This document shows positions 50,301-62,800 of a stretch of DNA of 64,000 nucleotides, in pieces. The position numbers and the translations under genes were made by a program. Position 1 is the stretch's first letter. Each line of letters begins with the position of its first letter. The DNA lies in the NCBI GenBank assembly GCA_904063045.1, contig CAJFCJ010000004.1:184195-248194 (forward strand), given 5' to 3'. Source of the DNA: Dimorphilus gyrociliatus (lineage: Eukaryota; Animalia; Annelida). The notes under the pieces were generated by a model, which did no database searches, had not been told where the DNA came from, and was given only the letters and a program-made list of their open reading frames with translations.

Positions 50301-53300
50301 TTATTCCTTAAGGAGAAAAGACTGTTTGGATTGAGGAAAGAGGTCTCCCTCTTTGTATAAGATATTTCTTACGTGATCATCTTTCTGAATAGGAAGAGTC
50401 GATTTTGGCATGGTTAGTGTTACGCGGGCTTTACTACTTTCCGAGATTCTTCTGTAAAGTGCCAGACAAATAATCTTTAAGTCTCTAAGAACTTTGGTAA
50501 AAAACGACCCAAAATCTTTCGTTTCCGTCTATTAATTTAATAAGATTTTACTCATTCTCAATTAGTTGATAAACTATACAAACATTTTCATATGCAAGTG
50601 ATAGAGGTGGAGCATTTATTGGCATATTTACTACTCTTCCTTGATCAGGATCGATTAGTTTGATATCTAATTGCCTTGTTATTAATTCATGTAATTCTTC
50701 ACCACTTCGTCCTGTTGCTAAAACCTTGGCAATAGTCATCAAAGATGAGTCTGTATAGGCCTTTTCGAGATGAAACAGATAAAACGGTAGAATTATTCGA
50801 AAGAATCCAAAATAAGCAAACAAACAATAATTTATGTACTATATACCGAGGCTATGAAAGCATCTAGCTCGCATCCTGGTAAGACATTACCCCCGGCAAA
50901 TGATGCTGTTGTAACTATGGAAGAAGAATCATTTCGATCTTCCTCTAAGAATTGAATGTTTGACGTGGTATCTACGTTGAAATTGATAAGAAAATTATTA
51001 TTTAATTGTATACATCTAAAAGAAATAGTCGAACCGAGAGATGATATAACGGGTATAAAAGATTCCGAAAGAAATCTATGTGTCCAAGAGTTTGGAGTAT
51101 GTCCAGCTCTTGTTAGCAAGCAAATCTTAACATCTGCATGCAACTCTGTTAACATACTTTTTATCGCCAGAGTTGCCAAAGTCACATCGGCATCATCTAC
51201 TTCCGGTGCTGTAAATACAAGACAACTTCTGCAAGTTGTTATACTAGCTGTGCTAAAATCATGCTGTATCCCATTAGTTAACTGAAATGAAATAAAAAAT
51301 GCTAAATAATCTATTACACGACGTTTACAGGCCTATCAAATTAAATTACCTGAACAATATGTATATTCTTAAAGTAGCAAATATCGTCCCATTCGTCTTC
51401 AATTGTTTTTAAATCACAAACCAATACAATATCAATTAAATCCTGTTCGGGTATAGAGGAATATCTCATCGGTACAATGAATTGTAGGAGATTTAATTTC
51501 GTAGAAACAGCTGATATATAAACAATCACGTGATCTTGTAACTTAAGTTTATTCTAATTTGCAATTAAATTCAATTAATTAAACAATTCGTTTTTGGATT
51601 AAAAATCGTATTATTTTACAAACTTTGCCTCTTATTGTACATTTATCCATAGATTTTCCATAATCAATATGATATTTTTCATAGTCAACAATAGAAGTCA
51701 TTCTCGATAATTTCTTAGATAACGAAGATCGTCTATAATTGCAGATGGGAGGAAAGAAAAGAAGGAAAGAAGGAAGGAAGGAAAAAGAATAAATTAGTTA
51801 GTAATTTCATAATTATTAATATAATATCAAACCTCTCGCCAAATTTACTTAGGAAATGAGAGCTAATTAAAGTCTCCGTCTCGTCATTAGTAGCATATTT
51901 TACTAAAATAGAATGAATACCTCCATCAAGTGTTGATAATCTGTAAAATTGAAATTATGATTGATAATAAAAAACTAATATATTTAAGAAATTGCCATAT
52001 GTGAACCCTTCTCTTAAGCTGAAATCTTTTGGTGTTATAAAGAATAATTTAATCTCTCCAGTTATTTTATAATGGGCTCCCGGATTTAAGATTGTAAAGG
52101 AACCATCTTTTGTTGATTCTTCAACAGCAAATAGTATAATATTTAACTTTTGCCAGCATAATCTATTCAATATTTTTAAAGCAATACATTTTAGCAAAGT
52201 GTAATAATATTTAATAATTTTTAATGTATTTACTCAACAGCACTGAAAAATAGACGGTTCAATAAACTGTTTGGTGGATTCTGAATGACTTTTATCTTAT
52301 GATTCGCTCCATTAAGATATAAATTTTGCCAAGTCTTTAACGTTTTGCAATAAACCTAAAAGAAAAAATGTCCATAAACTAGTACGCTTATGATACAGTA
52401 TATATAATTGTATATATAGGAACATAATAAAAACCTGATTTCTATGAATAAATAAATTCAAATATAATGAAATAAACCCAGGAATCATGCAATTTTGAGC
52501 TAAAATACCATTTCTCAATTCTGAGAAGCATATTATTTGATCTTTATTGTCTCCCTGCCATCTCCATGAGGCAATATTGAGAACTTTTAACTGAAAAGAA
52601 CATAATAAAGCTGTTAGTAACAATTGTAAAATTGATATTGTAGTTGTTTCTTTTAATAGTTGAATGTTCGAATAAGTACCCTACTCTCCTCTTTTAATAA
52701 CTGTAGAATTATTCTTGCTTCGGAATAAAAGCTTTTTATAGCGATGGCTTGCAGAATGTTTTCTTTATCATCTTGATAGGGAGTTTTAGATTGTCTGTCT
52801 GCCAAAATGATTATACTATCCGCGTAGTGGAGCTAATTAACAAAAAACTGGCATTAGAATATAAAACGGATAATGCTAATCTCAGATGCCTTAACGTCTT
52901 TTAGATCGGAAGTTTCAAATGGAGTCCCAATAAAGAACGCGACGTCTCGGTAACACCTCTTAAAGAAGGCGTCAATTTCGCAATCTATTTTGTTCCTTTT
53001 AGGAAATAGATATAACAGAAAGAGTAGACAAACTTTCAGTTTTTTCTTAAACTTACTTTCCTAAAAAGACTAAATCAATATCTTTTGCATTTTCCTTATC
53101 ATGAAATAAATATGCAGTATTAGGAACGTTTCCCGTCGTTACTTGGCCACAAATAAGAATGTGACGCCGACCATAATATCTTACGTAGGGTTGTCTTCTA
53201 TTCATCGATTCTCCTAAATATTTTACAATTTCCGGAATGGATTTCGTAAACATAACAAAAGATCCAATAATAAATAAAACCATCAAAGCTCGTCCCAGTA

Positions 53301-54399
53301 TAGTAGATGGATGAACATCACCAAATCCAACTGTAGACATTGTTACCAAAAGCCAATAAACGCATTGCCAATAGTGAATTTTCTGAAAATTGGCATATCT
53401 TTCCATAGGATCACCGTTATTTTCCAACTGTTTAAATAATGTTTTTGATTATGAATAATCATAAGGAAATCTAATCTTACTAGATGAAAAAATCCAGCAC
53501 AAATAAACCATAACGTAATGAATGTTGTAAATACTTGAATAATTCGTATTTTTGCCCTTGTTTTAAGGATATGTGTTAAGATGAGAATTTCTGGTAGTTG
53601 TAAAAAGTAAAGCATTCTCATACATCGAAATCCCAACCAATTTCTATTGAAATACAGCGACAATAAGGTAGGAATGATTGTCACAAAGTCGACAAAAGTA
53701 TATAAATCGAACCAAAATTGTAATTTATCACTGGCTGCTATTAGCTGATATTTGTTTAATAGATGGGAAAAAAAACAAAAGTACATACAATATACTGTAT
53801 ATAATCAATATATAAATATTAATATCGTACCTACCCTTATTGTAAAAAATATAATAAAGAAAACATTTAATATTATATCCGTTACTTGCTTTGGATTATC
53901 CACGACGGTTCCGCAATTCTCCCTTTCAAAACTAATTCGAAAAGTATAATACCATTATATTATGATTGTTATATTAAAGTATATAAACCTTGTAGCGTCA
54001 ATAAAATAAATACAAATTGATATGGAATACATCACTAACGAAAATCCAATCTAATAATAGAAAAGTAAGTTTTAGTTATTGTATTATTGAGTTAAGATAC
54101 GCAAGATTGAAGATAATCAGAATATTTTCCTGACGTACATAAATCTTTGATAAGATTGTAGATCCTCTAATTATTTGAGCAGAAAACGATCGTATTTTCG
54201 ATCCTGTTGCCTCAATACCAGATGGCGTAGATCGAATTACAAATTCTCCATTCTGTGATTCAAAAACTTCCCCAGCTCTTCTAAATGAATAAAAGAGTCC
54301 CCTGGTAAGTAGTATGATTATTAAGCCCAATATCCAACATCCAGCAACAATTAAGGCATGAATATACCAATAGTATTCCAAAGTGCAGCCATAAAACAT
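50301..54399 (-). CDS. Divergent Slo-family (BK/Slo1/Slo3-like) K+ channel alpha subunit; spliced
   Basis: S0-like N-terminal TM, then FVDFVTIIPT, NWLGFRCMRML (S4), YWLLVTMSTVGFGDV (pore), RHILICG (RCK1), ELRNGILAQNCMIPGF and QFLEED (Ca-bowl region). The C-terminal exon reads FGSFFTKVL...ICLALYR. The 3' end is approximate. Confidence 0.85.
51765..51783. repeat. Short (GAAG)n purine microsatellite inside the Slo locus
   Basis: gaaggaaagaaggaaggaag read directly. Confidence 0.6.
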
Positions 54400-55237
54400 G
54401 TCCTCTTCATCTATACAGACTTATTGCCTCCCTATAACTTAGTATTCTCTTGTCACGTTTTGGGCTTACGGGACAACCACCTCTATTAAAGTTTTCATAG
54501 CATACAGGCTCTAAGTTAGGCCACGTTTTCTTACGTATTATGTATAGGTAAAGCACACGATAGATGTTTTTCTGATATATGACAAGGCCACAATGAAAAA
54601 AATGACAAAAATGTTCAAATTGGAAGGGTTTTATTAAGAAAAAAATAACTAAAACCTTTATATTGAGAATTGTTAAGGAAAAGTTTAATAAGCTTATTAT
54701 AAATTTATTGAAATGATTGATGAATATTGAAATGTATTATGTCTATCTTTTTATTATATTTAAAAAAGAACTGAGATAAAAATCTATATATTTGACTTTC
54801 AATGATTGTCATTCATTCGTATTAATGAATTGTCAAGCTTGAAGTAAGCTCAATTGTTAGAAAATTTCTATTCTTTTATTAAATTTTGGGTAAAACAGAA
54901 CAAAACAATGAAAAGAATCAGATGATAAGACAAAATTAAATATGCTTCAGATATTTCTAACTCAGCACTTTGTCCTGTCTTTTTAAAATATTTATTTGTA
55001 ACCAAGAAAGTTTATAGAAACAAGAAAAAAAAGGAAGAAAAGGGCAATTTTATCGTGTCTCTATGATCTATATTTTACCCTATAAGTATATCCTTCTCTT
55101 CTTAGATTAACTCCGCCTCTATCTAATCGATGTCATCTTCTCTTTCTGTTCAATAAGTGGATTTCCTCTCCTTCTTTCTCCCTTTTTTTATTATTATTTC
55201 TTTTTGGAAGACGAATTGAAGAATTATCTATCTTTTC

Positions 55238-57402
55238 TCAGAAATCCAGCTCTTCATCATAAAAATACGTGTCACTTATCTCGCTATCTCCGCAAGAACC
55301 CGGAGTTGCCGTTGGAGTTTGTGATGCAAATCCTGATGAAAAGAACATGTTAGCAAGAGATTCATCATAAGCTGTCTTTTCTGAGAGTGTTTTGATGATA
55401 TCCTTCTCCAAGTAACCCGATGTTATAACACTAATTGCATCCGTCGGAACTGCTTTACACATTTCTGGTTGATTATTATTCAAAAAACACAGACTGGTTG
55501 CGTGGACGGTCCATGTTTGTAAAACATAGATTTTTCCATCTAAAACTTGTAACTTTGTCATTTCGTGTCCCGGTGTCATTTCTATATCACCCAAATGTTC
55601 CTCAGTCAATCTCCAACTACTAGTATTTACATCGAATTTTAATATTTCCTCATTAGGACATCCAACGCATATGTCATCATTATCTGTCCAAAGGAGATAA
55701 GATTTTTGAAGAAATTCATCACAGGAAACTGCCGGTGGATCATATTCTATAAATGTTCGCGAATCCATATCAAACGAGAAAAACGATATAGGGGAATCGG
55801 AAACCTCGCATCTTGACCAAAGGAAAACTTGTTTGTCTTTAAATGTTACAGCTCTTGCGGCACTAATGCGTAATCTTCGGGGGAAATTATATAGCAATAT
55901 TCGCCGTCGTAACAATGTTGTATCGCATAAAGCTAGACAATCTTGTTCGCAAGTCGATAGTGTCGTTATTACATAGCCTCGGCAAGTAACGACGGCAGGT
56001 CTCAAGTCAGAAGGATGAACGAATACTTTCGTTAATTCTCTGGAGTAAGCCGGACCGATTCTGAAAAACGAATAACATAGGATAATTAAATATAAAAATA
56101 ATAGACCGATAAATAATACATTTCTTACTTATAAAGCATGATGTCCGCTCTAGAAGAAGCAATATCAATAATTAATATATCGAAGGAGTCTAAGAGCATA
56201 GGATAAGGCTGAGCAGTTGGCAATAACAGGCAGTAAAGTTTATTTTTTTGTAGACATAAACTAGCAATACCAACATTATCGGGTATAAGCTTTGATATGT
56301 CCGTTTGTATCTTTAATTCCAGCCATTTATGGTTAGTAACGTCATAAAATAGAAAGAGTACCTGCTTATAGAAAACATTCTGAGCTAAGATTGGTAGGAC
56401 AGGGAGCAATTGCTTATAGGTACACTTCTTCTGACATGATATACAAAGCTTGTCTCCAGGAAAACTTCTTGGTCGTTTTACTGGAAGAGCAGGTGAGAAA
56501 GTTCTCTGCAGCATTAACGAATTAGGCCTTATAGGTCGCTTTTTAGGAATATTGCAGTTAGTGGAATTATTGAGATAAAGTGTAATTTTTTCATTAACAT
56601 TATTAAGTTTTGAAAAGACTAAACTATTTTTCAGCAGTTTTATATCAGCAATTGTCCAAGATTGTAGATTTAAGCATTCCAGAAGAGAATTTAGACTATC
56701 TGAATCAACTCTTGTAGATGCAAAATTCGCCCAGTTTATCACGCACTGAGCAGCATTCGATGTATTTACGAACTTCATTAGTGTTTTATCGCTTAGCAAC
56801 ATTTGAAAATAGTTAATTGGTAATTCAAGAATGTGTTCGCTAAAGATGAAATAATCAGCAAATCTGCATTCTACTATTTTCCTGGTTGTTTTATATAATT
56901 TTAAAAATTGGTATCGATCTGCCATGATACAAAGATACAAACAATTACTTAAAGAAATATTTCCATGGTTTAAAAAATAGCAGGTTATAAAGTCCTTTAA
57001 CTCTTCTAAGAGGAAAAAATCTGACAGTCTCATTAAATCTTCTACATTGGCAGGATAAATCACTATTCTTGAAGTGTAAAAATAATCCAAAACTTCTTCG
57101 AACGATTCGATAGAGTTGAGATTTAACGAATCGGATAGATTGATTTCATTGTCACGATGTTCCCTCCAACCTAGTTTATCATCATCAGTAAACATGGAGC
57201 GAAAATACAAGCATGAACTAGCTAAAATTGCTCGATGAGCAGGAAAGGCAGTTCCATTTACTAAAATTTTAACATCGCAAAATTCTCCTCGTCTCCTTTG
57301 GGATAATAGTTCACTAACTAATACACTATGATCCGCGCGAACAAACGAACATTTGCTTTTCTTGAATGCGTTATTCATAATTGATGTGCCATCAACTGCC
57401 AT
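55238..57402 (-). CDS. BTB-BACK protein with a degenerate kelch-like C-terminus (KLHL/KBTBD-like); one intron (about 56062-56128)
   Basis: BTB FCDVKILVNGTAFPAHRAILASSCLYFRSMF...DYFYT and BACK-like ISLSNCL...ADRY. The C-terminal region is beta-rich with Trp-spaced segments but has no clean GG kelch repeats. Confidence 0.8.
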
Positions 57403-57614
57403 TTTGTCAAACTAGTTTGGCTTCGCTGCCCCTTATTTTATACGGCGTCTAACTACTGACATCTAGGTGTATTTTATTTGCGTCTAAGGAAATTTTTACA
57501 CTCTTTAATAAAAAACAATATATCTTAACTTTTTGCTTTTTATTTCTATTAATTATATTTTTTCTCGTGGAAAAGAAAGAGAATATTTTTAATTTTCGAT
57601 CGAATCATATACAT

Positions 57615-57625
57615 TGCGCATGCGC
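57615..57625. promoter_or_regulatory. NRF1-type motif upstream of the BTB gene
   Basis: TGCGCATGCGC about 210 bp upstream of ATG 57402, next to an (AT)n tract. Confidence 0.6.
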
Positions 57626-57953
57626 GTAGGACATATATATATATATATATATGAAATATGGCGGGTAAATTATCGACTTTTCAATTGTTTCTCTTAAGAG
57701 TAAAAAAAGTATTAAATACATATTATATAGTGTTGGAAGAAATTATTATATATTTAAAAAACTATATTGAATAATTTGAATACATTAGTAAAAGTTTTCA
57801 AATATGTTGTTGATATATTCTAATCGATATTCGTCTTCTTCAACGGAATTTTAATCTGAAAGATAGTTCGTTTGTTATATGATATCCATTATTACTATTA
57901 AATTTGAAGAAGAGAAATTTTAAAGAGTTATCAGAGAGTTGTTTAGAATAAGT

Positions 57954-59533
57954 TTATTGCATAAAGACTATGGATAATAAAAATATCAATATGGATTATT
58001 GACAAAGAAAAGCAACGAAAAAACGCAAGTCAATGAAATTTACTTACCATCTTTATTAGCAAAAGAATCTATCCTCTGATCTTTCCATTCTAATAGTTTT
58101 AATAATGTTGCTTTAGACGCAGTATCTACATGTGTTTGTACATTTGGTAGCATTTTATGTGCTGCGGCGACGCCGTATAGAACTCTTGAAGAACTGATGG
58201 TATCTAGGTTGCTCGATGTAGCTGCCCTAGCTGTTGTGTAGGCTTTGTTGAAATAGTCAACGGCGTCTGCATATCTACCAAGGGAATTAAAAATAGCTCC
58301 AAGAGCCGAGCACGACTGGGCAATAGCGACGTCATCATTCGCCTTTTCAGCAACCTCAACGCGTCTTTGTAATAGAGCTATAGCCTGTTCAACATTTCCC
58401 GATAATTCGTGTGATTTTGCTAATTCCTGGCAAGCTTCACCTATGTGGTATAGAATAAATTGTTACCTATAAAATAGCCAATCGAAGATAAATACAAACC
58501 AATTCCTGCCTCATCGTTATTCGATTCACTGCTATTTAAATATGATTTGAGATATCCCAGTGCTTCTTCAGGCTGTCTGTTTTTGTTATAGGAAACACCT
58601 AATCTATAAGCTGCCGTTCCCTCCAAAGTAGCATTACAACTTTCTTGTGCTTTTTCGTGAGCTAACTTTAGATATTGAATCTGAGCCTTTAAGTCACCCT
58701 CCTTTGCGTAAATATCTCCAACTTTTGTAAAAACTCTTGTTAAATCTTCACATACTTTAATTTTTAAGTTTATGGATTCAGACGATTCACTAGTGTTTAA
58801 AATACTGTAGGAATTTTGCAGGTGGATCATTGATTCTTTATCATTACCACTTTCCTCAAGGATAAGACCAACGTCCCTATGAGCTTTAGCCTGGATTAAG
58901 CCGCCTTTGTAAGATGCTGTCTTTAAACTTGAAACAAAGAAATGTTCTGCAAGCCATTGACTATGGGGAACAGAGTTCTGGAAAAACTCGGCCAAGCACA
59001 CTTGCTCGTCATAAACTGCTTCTAAATTTTCTTCTCTCTTATAGTTTTCTGCTCTAGAGAGATGTTCGCGAAGAACCTCTAGTTGATCTGTTTGTTCTGG
59101 TAGTCTAGGGAGAGACCAGATTGTAGATTCAGGCCCGGCTAGTCTTCTCGTTTCTTCTTGCCTTTCAACAAGCGCGTAAATTTCTGCAAAAGCCTCATGA
59201 TAACCTTCTTCCAAAATCTCTATACATAATTGTTGATAATATTCATTTCTATATTCGCTTGTTTCAGGTTTAGTTAGGAGGGGTTGTTCTGCTCGTAGTG
59301 TGTGTAGACGATGAACAATTTCTATAAGGGTACACTTAGTTAATAAAAAATATGTGTTTTTTAACAATTATACCTTTGTCTCTTTTACCATGCACTCGAT
59401 TTTTGCCTAATTTATTGGCTACAGAAATTGGACTTGCAGTTAATCGTCTTTCTCCTCCTCCAGGTGCAGAAGGTGGAGGTGAAGCAACAACTTTTTGGCC
59501 ATGAGTTCCAATTGCAGGTAAAGCTGTAGCCAT
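57954..59533 (-). CDS. TTC29: Tetratricopeptide repeat protein 29; spliced
   Basis: LCIEILEEGYHEAFAEIYAL, EQTDQLEVLREHLSRAE, WLAEHFF, AAYRLG, GEACQELAK and AQSCSALGAIFNSLGRY. The last exon is approximate. Confidence 0.85.
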
Positions 59534-59657
59534 TTCCCTCTTAGAATGTTAAGCTAACCAAAAGTATTATTTTCATTACGTTTCCAATATTTTAATGATA
59601 AGTTTAATTGTTTCTATCCAACTTAAGAGAGTACTAAAAATTCAACTGTTTCAAAAC

Positions 59658-59675
59658 AAATGGCGACCTAGCAAC
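59658..59675 (+). promoter_or_regulatory. YY1-like core plus RFX/X-box half-site in the TTC29/SYMPK divergent promoter
   Basis: AAATGGCGACCTAGCAAC, containing the RFX half-site CCTAGCAAC. Confidence 0.6.
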
Positions 59676-59891
59676 TAACTAATTTGACTAAATACCGCAA
59701 AGAAATAGAACCGTTTGAACTTTCTTCAAATTTAAATTTATAGATGGCGTTACTGTTCTTTTCTCTAATCTTCAATAGTAATCGCTAGCTAAATTTAGCA
59801 ACACCGAGTTTTCGGTCTTTGCTAAACGTACACAATTGTTTATTAATTTAATTTTGTGTTCAATTTTTCATCTAAAATCATTATTTGTACA

Positions 59892-62800
59892 ATGGAAGAT
59901 GATTTAATGGCTCTCTATCCTGATGGAGAACAGGATTCCCAAGCTCTATATGACAAGGTAATAACATTTACATTGTCCAATTTTCGTTAGGATCTTATAA
60001 CGACCTTCCTTTAGATCGTGGAATTAATTAACGAAGCATCATCTCTACATAGCGGTGATGAAAGATGTGCAAACTTGAACATGGTAAGAGGTTTTCTACC
60101 TGCTTAAATTTTTTTTAAACAACATAAACTCTTAACAAAATGCGTTCATATACCAAAAAAATTTAAATATTCAATCAGAGTTATTTTATAAACAAAACTA
60201 CATTATTTAATATGACAAGGTAGCATTAATTATACCAAATAATAACATTAATATCAGGTTCATGACTTATTGGTAAATCGATGTCCTCAATATTTGGATA
60301 ACTTTTTTGACGTGAGTTGCCGCTCTTTAATATTTTTTCTACCTTATCTTAATTCTTCAATTTGATAATATGTAGGAATTCGTTGCTTTCCAAACGGATA
60401 ATTACATTCTTGTAAAAAAAGGCGTTCTAAATTTTTTAGAAGCAGCTTGGTATGTATTTAATATTCTTTTTTTTTAAATTCGTCATTCTTTTTATGTTTT
60501 TCAGCGACAAAGATTTAGAAATGTTGCCTAAAGTTATAAATCATTTAACACTATTGTTAGAAGACGAAGTTAACGATGTTCGAAAAAAAGTTATGCTTGT
60601 TCTACCTTCAGTGTATAGCAATTGTTTAAGGGTAATTATATTTATAATATAATTTTATAAGAAAGAATTCAATGGAAGAAACTTGTTTTTTGCAGTGGAT
60701 TTTATCTGCTAGAAGTATCAGCACAGAAATGGAAAATACCTGGCAGTTCTTAAATCAAATGCAAAGGAAAATAATTGATGAGCTAGATTCAGTCAATGAT
60801 GGGTTTGTATTCTAAATTCTCTTCGTTTAATAATTTAATAATATATGATATTCTTAATAAAATAGCATAAGGACCCACGCTGTAAAATTTACAGAAGGCT
60901 TATCTATCGTTTTATCTGAAAAAACAGAAGTAAATTTATATTTTTCTTTTGAAAAACTTATTCAAGTTTAATTATTTTTTTATTATTTAAACAGGATTCT
61001 ATTTTAACAAGCCGAACGGCAAATTATACTACTTTAGACAGTATTCCAAATAATCATTCATTCTTAAAATGGACAAAATTAGAAGATGAAGGCAAGCAAG
61101 CTTTAGATTCTCTTCTAGGATTCTTAGCACTATCACACATATCAAGGTTTGAAGTTTTACATATATATTTTTTTCGTGTAACCGCTTTTAATTTTCATCA
61201 AAATAGCGTAAATCTAATGACTTGTATAGCATCGTTGACAAATATCGCCAGACAAAGACCGCAATTTATGGATAGAGTTGTAAAAGCTTTTGAAGCTCTT
61301 CACGGTTTGATTTCGTATTAGTAGAAGCTAATTCCATTTTTTTTACGTATTCTTTTATTTCATAATAGTTAATTTACCTCCTACACTTGCTAAATCTCAA
61401 GTTTCCAGCGTACGCAAGGATTTAAAGATTCAACTTCTTTCACTGTTGAGGCACCCTTGTTCCATAGATTATCATACTCAAATAACCACATTGTTATCGG
61501 GGTTGGGTGCAACGCAAACTGAAATTGTTAAAAATCAGCCGAAAGTCGACGAACGAAGAGGAAAAAGGAAGTTAGGTGATGAGAAAGCAAGGCAAATGGC
61601 CATTGGCGAAAAGAGACCGCGTTTGGAGGCGAATATGGAAGATTTATCGGATGATTATGAAATGTCTGGCAATGTAAATAAAATATCCTTGGGAGAAGAC
61701 TCAAAGTTTGACGCTGTTGAACAATTAGCACGCGATCTTCTACCTCGTCTTATCCCACAGAACGTCACTGACTTAGTCTTACTATCAATGGTAGCTCTAC
61801 CAGATACTATACCTCCTCACTTCCAGTCTTCGTTTACACCAATATCTGCTGCTGGAACACCTCAACAGATTGAACATGTTTCAAAACTCTTAGCTAGCCA
61901 GTTCATTGGTGCTGGTTTAAGTAAATATGGCAAAGTAAGAAAAGAAAAGTCAGAGGAAGTCAAAAATGTTGATGATCAAGTAGCTCCCGTAAAGCCCGCT
62001 ACTTCAGCTAACGGTATGTATATTCTCATAATTTTAGATCCTTGTAGGGAATATATTTTTTTCAGATTCCAAAAAACCTGTAAATCAGGAGTCTGCCGAT
62101 AAATCTAAGTTGCAACCCAAACCACCTGTTCGCCGAGCCAAGAAATTTAAATTGCACGAAGTTACTGTTAAATTAGACGATAGTGCCAGGGATGAAACAG
62201 CATTGGAGGCCTTTAAACGTGTTTTAGAAACAAACAACCTGGAAAAGTTTGGTGCGAAAACAGCTATCAATAAAATTATTGTATCTCTTGTTTGTACTTT
62301 TGGAGGATCTATGAAAACAACTCTATTAGATTATATACTAAAAGATATAAAACAACAAAGTGACTTGGCTCTTTTATGGCTCTACCAGGAATATGCCAAT
62401 TTTAAAGGCTATGGAGCTATTAAATCGGATGAAGAGGACATTGAAACAAGCAAATATGGTAACTTACTTACACTGTTACTCAATCAACTACAAGAAGAAT
62501 TTGATGCTGGAGAGTCGTACGTAATATTCACTAATTATCAGCTTTGTTGTATAAAAATTTGATATTTTTCAGTTTATTTACAAGAATTCTTCTTGAAGCT
62601 CCTCTGCTTACAAACGAAGCTACACAAGTTTTACAGCGGTTTTGTCAAGATCCTGACCGTATTGGTGTTGGATTGAATACATTGAAAACATTAGTTCTCT
62701 ATAGACCAAAAGCAAATTTGCTTCACAACCTTTTGGCGTTTTCCATGAATCCTCATAATGAAATCCGCTCGAAAGCTTTAAACATAATTAAAGAATTATT

